DNA of 41,928 nucleotides from an uncultured Actinomycetota bacterium (GTDB taxonomy: Bacteria > Actinomycetota > Aquicultoria > Subteraquimicrobiales > CAYFXD01), in contig CAYFXD010000118.1 of NCBI GenBank assembly GCA_964347095.1, positions 1 to 41,928 of the forward strand, read 5' to 3'. This document shows positions 36,153 to 41,928 of the stretch, piece after piece. The number at the start of each line of letters is the position of its first letter. The first letter of the stretch is position 1. The notes under the pieces were generated by a model. It did not search any database. It was not told the DNA's origin and saw nothing but the letters and a program-made list of their open reading frames with translations. A program made the position numbers and the translations under genes.

Positions 36153-36836
36153 ATGATAGTGGCCATAATCGCAGCCGCCGGTATCGGCAGACGAATGGGC
36201 GGCGGGGGCAAACAGTTTTTGTTATTGAAGGGCGATCCTGTGCTGGCTCACAGTGTTCGCGTTTTTCAGAACTGCTCACAGGTCCATCAAATCATCGTTG
36301 TGACCAACGAGGCGGATGCTAGGCGCTGCCGCGAGCTGGTCCAAAGCTATCAGTTCGACAAGGTTGAGCGGATTATCGTTGGCGGAGAAGAGAGGCAGGA
36401 TTCGGTATTCAACGGTCTTCAAGTGCTGCCGAAGGCGACCGAGACCGTTATTATCCATGACGGCGCGCGTCCCCTCGTTACTCCGGAGATAATCAAGCAT
36501 TCGCTGGATGCACTGGAAGGCTGGGATGGTGTTGTTGTTGCTGTGCCTATAAAGGATACGTTGAAACTCGTCGAGATGGAGAACGTTGTCGAGACTCTTG
36601 ACCGTGAACGAATTTGGCAGGCTCAAACGCCTCAGATCTTCAAGGCCAATCTTTTGGCCGAGGCGTACCGGGTGGCGAGAAAAAATGGTTATCATGGAAC
36701 CGACGATGCGGCACTAATGGAGCGGCTGGCGTACAAAATAAGAGTCGCCGTGGGCTCATATGAGAACATCAAAATTACTACAAGCGAGGATCTAGGTATC
36801 GCCGAGGCAATCTTGGCTATGCGGGAAGCGACCTAG
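36153..36836 (+). CDS. ispD: 2-C-methyl-D-erythritol 4-phosphate cytidylyltransferase
   Basis: 227 aa. It has the motifs AIIAAAGIGRRMG, VIIHDGARP and AQTPQIF. Confidence 0.9.
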   Translation: MIVAIIAAAGIGRRMGGGGKQFLLLKGDPVLAHSVRVFQNCSQVHQIIVVTNEADARRCRELVQSYQFDKVERIIVGGEERQDSVFNGLQVLPKATETVIIHDGARPLVTPEIIKHSLDALEGWDGVVVAVPIKDTLKLVEMENVVETLDRERIWQAQTPQIFKANLLAEAYRVARKNGYHGTDDAALMERLAYKIRVAVGSYENIKITTSEDLGIAEAILAMREAT

Positions 36837-36866
36837 TCGGTCTTCGGGTCTTGTCGGAGTTTGCCA

Positions 36867-37364
36867 ATGAGAATTGGAATCGGTTTTGATGCACACAGGT
36901 TTATTGAAGGACGGCCGCTGGTCTTGGGCGGGGTGGAAATCCCTTTTCATCTTGGGCTGGAAGGGTACTCTGACGCCGACGTAGCGATCCATGCTGCCAT
37001 GGATGCGCTTCTGGGCGCTGTTGCCGCTGGAGATATCGGTCAGCATTTCCCTGACAGCGATGAGAAGTACCGCGACATCTCGAGTCTCATACTTCTTTCC
37101 AGAGTCGCTGACATCGTGCGAGCACGCAGCTTCAAAGTTGCCAATATTGACATGGTTATTGTATTAGAAGAGCCCAGATTGGCTCCCTACCGAAACAAGA
37201 TGCAGAAAAGCATTGCAGAAGCGTTGAATGTTCGGCCAGAACGGATAGGCATAAAAGCGTCTACCACCGAGGGCATGGGTTGTATCGGAAGAGGTGAAGG
37301 AATTGCCGCATATGCTGTTGCTCTGGTTGGAGACACCCATGAGCCATCCGGTGATACCGCCTGA
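36867..37364 (+). CDS. ispF: 2-C-methyl-D-erythritol 2,4-cyclodiphosphate synthase
   Basis: GGAG sits 7 nt before ATG 36867. It has the motifs MRIGIGFDAHRF, SDADVAIHA and GDIGQHFPD. Confidence 0.9.
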   Translation: MRIGIGFDAHRFIEGRPLVLGGVEIPFHLGLEGYSDADVAIHAAMDALLGAVAAGDIGQHFPDSDEKYRDISSLILLSRVADIVRARSFKVANIDMVIVLEEPRLAPYRNKMQKSIAEALNVRPERIGIKASTTEGMGCIGRGEGIAAYAVALVGDTHEPSGDTA

Positions 37365-37595
37365 CGATTTTACGCCTGACACTTGAATGCAGACCTCCGC
37401 CGGCCTCTCCGTCTCAGGGGCGAAGCTGAGACGGGAGCAGATCAGGTTGAGGATGAGGATATGGCAAAATCTTTGACGTGGGTTTTTGTCAAGTATGAAA
37501 GTACATGGTACCAAGAGACAGTGGCTCGCGGTCAAGGACTCACTTCATGCCTGGTATAAACTGGAAAAACTTCCAAGAATTTGAGGTTGTCGTCT

Positions 37596-39095
37596 ATGTC
37601 CGACAAAGCCAGGGTCCGTTTTGCGCCTAGCCCTACGGGCAATCTTCATCTGGGAAGTGCTCGGACGGCACTTTTTAACTGGCTGTTTGCCAAGTCACAG
37701 AGTGGCCAATTTATTCTCAGGATCGAGGACACCGATAGAGCACGATCGGCCAGCGAATTTGAACGGTCCATCTTGGGCGATCTCCAATGGCTGGGGCTAA
37801 ATTGGGATGAAGGTCCAGGAATTGGTGGACCATTTGCCCCATATCATCAAAGCAAAAGGCAGGAGATCTATCGCAAGATTGCTGAAGAGCTCCTCGAAAA
37901 GGGAAGAGCGTACCATTGTTACTGCAGTTCAGAAGAGCTAGAAGCAAGTCGGCAGAAGGCAAGAGCTGAGGGTAAGACTCCCCCCGTATATCGAGGACGC
38001 TGTCTGCGGATCAGCAAAGAGCAGAAAGCTCGTTTTGAGCGGGAAGGTAGGAAGCCGGTACTCAGATTTCGGGTCCCTGAGGCCGAGATTATCATCAATG
38101 ACCTCATTAATGGACAAGTGCAATTTGACAGCAGTGTCATTGGAGACTTCATTCTCCTTCGCTCAGACGGATCAGCGAGCTTCAATTTTGCCAACGTTGT
38201 AGATGATGCCTTGATGGAGATTACTCATGTGATTCGAGGCAACGATCACTTGAGCAACACTCCGCGGCACATTATGCTTTTTGAGGCTCTTGGCCGGAAG
38301 CCTCCGCAATTTGCTCATCACTCACTACTGCTTGGAACCGATCGGACCAAAATGAGCAAAAGGCACGGAGCAACTGCGGTATTTGAGTATAGGGAGAGAG
38401 GTTATTTGCCAAATGCAATGGTCAATTATCTTGTCCTTTTGAGCTGGTCGCCTGGAGATGACCGTGAAATCTTTGATCTCGATGATCTGGCGCGGGAGTT
38501 TTCTATCAAAGGAATCAGTAAAAGCCCGGCGGTCTTCGACATTGACAAATTGAATTGGATCAATAGGCAACATATTCTTAGAACCAAGCTGGAGACACTG
38601 ACAGACTTGACTATTGGTTTGTTAGACAGTGCAGACGTGCATAGCCAGGGGATTACCAGGGCATTGGAGCCTGAAGAATTCGCTGATCTGAGCAATAAGA
38701 TTGATTTGATCCGAGAACGGGCGACTACATTGCTGGACATTCCGAAAGAGCTGTCTGTGCTGGTCTTGGACTCAATTGAGTTGACTGATGAAGCCAAAGA
38801 AATGCTAGCGCGGTCCGAGTCCCATTTGGTCCTGCAGAGCCTAGCCGCGATCCTTGATGGCTGCCATGACTTGGAAAAAGAGATCAGCAGAGAGATCTTG
38901 GGCAAGCTTACGCAGGAGATGGGAATTCAGGGTATTAAGGGCAAAGCGGTGTTTATGCCCGTCCGGTTGGCTCTAACAGGAGAAACATCCGGTCCAGATC
39001 TTTCGGATCTTTTGAGTGGGCTGGGCAGAGAAAAAAGCCTTGAGCGAATTCGTTCAGCTCTACGGCACGTGAGTGAAGAGCAAGATCCGGTATAA
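37596..39095 (+). CDS. gltX: Glutamate--tRNA ligase
   Basis: GAGG sits 9 nt before ATG 37596. It has RFAPSPTGNLHLGSAR (HIGH motif) and KMSKRHG (KMSKS motif). Confidence 0.9.
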   Translation: MSDKARVRFAPSPTGNLHLGSARTALFNWLFAKSQSGQFILRIEDTDRARSASEFERSILGDLQWLGLNWDEGPGIGGPFAPYHQSKRQEIYRKIAEELLEKGRAYHCYCSSEELEASRQKARAEGKTPPVYRGRCLRISKEQKARFEREGRKPVLRFRVPEAEIIINDLINGQVQFDSSVIGDFILLRSDGSASFNFANVVDDALMEITHVIRGNDHLSNTPRHIMLFEALGRKPPQFAHHSLLLGTDRTKMSKRHGATAVFEYRERGYLPNAMVNYLVLLSWSPGDDREIFDLDDLAREFSIKGISKSPAVFDIDKLNWINRQHILRTKLETLTDLTIGLLDSADVHSQGITRALEPEEFADLSNKIDLIRERATTLLDIPKELSVLVLDSIELTDEAKEMLARSESHLVLQSLAAILDGCHDLEKEISREILGKLTQEMGIQGIKGKAVFMPVRLALTGETSGPDLSDLLSGLGREKSLERIRSALRHVSEEQDPV

Positions 39096-39145
39096 TCAGG
39101 GGAATAAAGGATGATACAGGTACAGGTCGAAGATTGGTGATCAGC

Positions 39146-40663
39146 ATGTCGATCAGAATCTACAACACCCTAACAAGAAAGAAAGAGCTGTTTGAACCTC
39201 GAGACAGTGACAAAGCGGCGATATATATTTGTGGTCCTACCGTCTACAATTATATCCATATCGGAAATGCCCGCTGCTATGTGGCCTTTGACGCAGTGGT
39301 AAGATATCTGGAATTCAGCGGTTACCAGGTCACCTACGTCCGCAATTTGACCGATGTGGATGACAAGATTATTAAGCGGGCTCTGGAAGAAGCGACAACC
39401 AGTAGTAATATTGCGTCAAAGTACACCAGGGCTTTTCATGAGGACATGGCGACTTTGGGTTGTAGAGAGCCAGATATCGAACCGACAGCAACTGAGACCA
39501 TTCCCGATATGATCAAGATGACTGCCGGTTTGATTGAAAAGGGATTTGCCTATGAGGTGGATGGAGATGTGTTCTTTGAAGTCACTGAGTTCAAAGATTA
39601 TGGGAAATTGTCTGGCCGATCGTTGGAGGAGATGAGAGCAGGAGAGCGAATAGAGATCGATCCGCGGAAACATCACCCGATGGACTTTGCCCTTTGGAAA
39701 AGAGCCAAGGAAGGAGAACCATCTTGGTCCAGTCCCTGGGGGGAGGGACGACCTGGCTGGCATATTGAATGCTCAGCAATGTCCCTCAGCAAGTTGGGCA
39801 TGGGTTTTGATATTCATGGGGGCGGGCAGGACCTGATCTTTCCTCACCACGAGAACGAGATTGCTCAGTCGGAGGCCTACACTGGCACCCGGCCGTTCGT
39901 CAAATACTGGCTGCACAACGGTTTCGTGACGATCAAAGCAGAGAAGATGGCCAAGTCGGTGGGCAATGTGACGCTGGTTCACGAAATCAGCCGATGGGAT
40001 CAGTATGCCGGAAGACCGCTTGAAATACTGAATGACCTGAGAATGTTCTTTTTGTCTACTCATTATCGCAATCCGATCGATTTCAGCCCTGAGTACCTGC
40101 ATGAGGCTCACAATAAGGTTCAGGGATTGGTGAATCTGCGACAGAACATCGACGATCTGCTTCGAAGAAAGAACAGCTTCGTTCAGGTTGATGCTCAAAG
40201 CGGACCGGAGATGGCTCTGAAGCAAGCCATAGCAGATGCAAAGACGAGGTTTAATCTGGCCATGGATGATGATTTCAATACACCAGCCGCCATTGGTGCG
40301 CTCTTTGAGCTGGAAAAAAACATCAACCTCTTCATTGACGCGCATCCTGACAGATTCTCTCTTCTAGGAAAAAGGCTCTTGGAAGAATCAAGAAGCACAC
40401 TCTTGACGCTGAGTGAAAACGTGCTGGGACTTGTGCTGCCCGAGCGATCATCTTCTTCGGTCGGTGTCTACATTGCAGGCTCTGAAGAGAGCCAACCGGA
40501 AACAGAACTGTCCGCAAGTGAGATCGAGGCGCTTCTCGAGAAGCGAGAGCAGGCTCGCAAGAACAAAGACTACAAAACCGCCGATGAGATCAGGGCTGAT
40601 TTAGATGCCAGAGGAGTGACGATAGAAGACACGCCCCACGGTGCCCGCTGGAAGTGGAAGTGA
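39146..40663 (+). CDS. cysS: Cysteine--tRNA ligase
   Basis: The protein begins [16 protein letters not shown] and has [15 protein letters not shown] (HIGH), the GWHIECS zinc site and KMAKSVGN (KMSKS). Confidence 0.9.
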   Translation: MSIRIYNTLTRKKELFEPRDSDKAAIYICGPTVYNYIHIGNARCYVAFDAVVRYLEFSGYQVTYVRNLTDVDDKIIKRALEEATTSSNIASKYTRAFHEDMATLGCREPDIEPTATETIPDMIKMTAGLIEKGFAYEVDGDVFFEVTEFKDYGKLSGRSLEEMRAGERIEIDPRKHHPMDFALWKRAKEGEPSWSSPWGEGRPGWHIECSAMSLSKLGMGFDIHGGGQDLIFPHHENEIAQSEAYTGTRPFVKYWLHNGFVTIKAEKMAKSVGNVTLVHEISRWDQYAGRPLEILNDLRMFFLSTHYRNPIDFSPEYLHEAHNKVQGLVNLRQNIDDLLRRKNSFVQVDAQSGPEMALKQAIADAKTRFNLAMDDDFNTPAAIGALFELEKNINLFIDAHPDRFSLLGKRLLEESRSTLLTLSENVLGLVLPERSSSSVGVYIAGSEESQPETELSASEIEALLEKREQARKNKDYKTADEIRADLDARGVTIEDTPHGARWKWK

Positions 40664-40698
40664 TCGCGGAAGCAGATGCGGGCGGTTTCCGTAAATCG

Positions 40699-40745
40699 GT
40701 CCCTGAGCCCTGGACTCTAACCCCTGAACCCTGAATTCGGGACTA
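40699..40745. repeat. Family D short repeat, copy D2 (cysS-yacP spacer)
   Basis: GGTCCCTGAGCCCTGGACTCTAACCCCTGAACCCTGAATTCGGGACTAC shares the CCTGAACCC core and the AATT.GGGACT block with D1. Confidence 0.35.
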
Positions 40746-40749
40746 CAGC

Positions 40750-41280
40750 ATGAACGACTTAATAATTGTTGACGGATACAACATCATCTTCAAGGATCCT
40801 GACTACCAAAAGATAAAAGACGCTAGTTTGGAGCTGGCGCGCGTCAGGCTTATAGAAGATCTTGCCAATTATCAGGCGTACACCGGAAATGATGTGAAAA
40901 TTGTCTTCGATGCGGCCAACCAAGATTTTCAAGGTGAGCGGAAAGCGAAAGTGCTCGGAGTGGAGATTATTTTCACCAAGAAGGGCCAATCAGCGGATTC
41001 ATGTATCGAACGGCTGGCATTTAGGACAAATGCCGATAGAACGGTGATCGTGGCGACATCCGATTATAGTCTGCAGAGAGTGGTTTTCGGCAAGGGGATA
41101 TATCGAAGGACACCGGCTGAACTTTTGAGTGAAATCGGTGAAGTTAAAGAGGAGTGGAGGGTGCATGCAAAAGATGCCAAGCCATTTTTTCTTGAGGACA
41201 GATTGGATGAGCAAGTGCGCGAGAAGCTGAGAAAACTAATTTTGGAAGAGCCGGAAGAAATGGATGGCGCAGGTAGGTAA
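40750..41280 (+). CDS. NYN domain ribonuclease-like protein (YacP/Rae1-like)
   Basis: 176 aa. It has LIIVDGYNII at the N-terminus and VATSDYSLQ. Its position directly upstream of sigH matches yacP in Bacillota. Confidence 0.8.
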   Translation: MNDLIIVDGYNIIFKDPDYQKIKDASLELARVRLIEDLANYQAYTGNDVKIVFDAANQDFQGERKAKVLGVEIIFTKKGQSADSCIERLAFRTNADRTVIVATSDYSLQRVVFGKGIYRRTPAELLSEIGEVKEEWRVHAKDAKPFFLEDRLDEQVREKLRKLILEEPEEMDGAGR

Positions 41281-41306
41281 CTTGGTTCTTGTCTAGCTGT
41301 TGTTTC

Positions 41307-41336
41307 TTGACGATATGCCTGCTCCTGCGATATACT
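41307..41336 (+). promoter_or_regulatory. Candidate sigma-70-type promoter for sigH
   Basis: TTGACG (41307-41312), an 18-nt spacer, then TATACT (41331-41336). Confidence 0.4.
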
Positions 41337-41463
41337 TTTAATATAAAGGTTGTTTATGTTCATATCCTCGCATCAGTGCGGCGAAATATAACAAGACGCG
41401 GCAATGTATGGATTATACATGTAATCCCGCTATCCCACGAATCGATATCATGGAGGCAGCACA

Positions 41464-41928
41464 TTGCAGACTGACCCTGGGTATGAAAGAAGGATCCCTC
41501 CTTTGTTTGATGACTTCACCGATCTTCAGCTGGTCGGAACGGCAAAAGAGGGGGACGACACGGCTCTCGAGTTTCTGATCGACAAATACAAGAATTTCGT
41601 CCGCATTAAAGCCCGCTCCTACTACTTGATTGGCGCCGACAAAGAAGACCTAATCCAAGAAGGCATGATTGGCCTGTATAAGGCAATTAGAGATTTCCGC
41701 TGCGACAAACAAACCTCATTTCGGGCATTTGCCGAGCTCTGCATTACGCGCCAGATGATAACTGCAATCAAAACCGCAACCCGCCAAAAACATGTTCCCT
41801 TGAACTCATATGTTTCTCTTAATAAGCCTATGTACTATGAGGAAGAATCCGATCGCACCCTGGTAGATATGCTGTCGGGGAGCGAAGTAACCGATCCCGT
41901 CGAGCTGGTTATCAGTACGGAGGAGCTG
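41464..41928 (+). CDS. sigH: RNA polymerase sigma factor SigH-like (sigma-70 family), 3-prime truncated by the window end
   Basis: GGAGG at 41452-41456 sits 7 nt before TTG 41464. The open frame runs to the window edge. The segment DLIQEGMIGLYKAIRDF...SFRAFAELCITRQMITAIKTATRQKHVPLNSYVSLNKP closely resembles Bacillus SigH as I recall it. Confidence 0.85.
   Translation, partial: MQTDPGYERRIPPLFDDFTDLQLVGTAKEGDDTALEFLIDKYKNFVRIKARSYYLIGADKEDLIQEGMIGLYKAIRDFRCDKQTSFRAFAELCITRQMITAIKTATRQKHVPLNSYVSLNKPMYYEEESDRTLVDMLSGSEVTDPVELVISTEEL

Noticed and set aside
1-41928. Autonomous mobile elements, prophage, defence islands or toxin-antitoxin pairs.
   Set aside because: I recognised no transposase, integrase, recombinase, restriction, Cas or phage structural gene. 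The PIN (yacL-like) and NYN (yacP-like) proteins are in their conserved housekeeping positions, not in toxin-antitoxin pairs.

Overview
This 41.9 kb window is a chromosomal core region with about 36 protein genes, and all but two lie on the + strand. I saw no rRNA, tRNA, CRISPR array, transposase or integrase.

Gene content, left to right:
- Serine genes: a class V aminotransferase and serA.
- A leucine/isoleucine block: leuA, leuC, leuD, leuB, ilvE and cimA, followed by a FAH-family hydrolase.
- A small accessory-looking islet: a methyltransferase, a TIGR04076-like protein, a toastrack membrane protein, a HIT protein and a small membrane protein.
- dnaE.
- A histidine block: hisD, a HAD hydrolase, hisB, hisH, hisA, hisF and hisI.
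- greA and a class I lysS.
- The block clpC, radA, disA, carD, yacL-like PIN/TRAM, ispD, ispF, gltX, cysS, yacP-like NYN, and the start of sigH.

The SigH-like sigma factor and this gene order point to a Bacillota-like (Gram-positive) lineage. I cannot name the organism.

The unusual signal is non-coding. Most of the larger spacers I inspected, including spacers inside the leu and his clusters, are 100-500 nt long. They are filled with long, degenerate palindromes built from short tandem motifs. These fall into recurrent families:
- Family A: CGGTT-heptad elements, at least 5 copies.
- Family B: GATAC/ATCAAG elements, 3 copies.
- Family C: GCCCGAATG...AATGAC elements, 3 copies.
- Family F: AAATGAGGGAA elements, 2 copies.
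- Family D: CCTGAACCC elements, 2 copies.

A fragment of family A appears to sit in frame inside hisF. A HAD-family gene is translationally coupled to hisB, in the slot where hisC often sits, and is a candidate missing histidinol-phosphate phosphatase. All similarity statements come from by-eye alignment and need computational confirmation.
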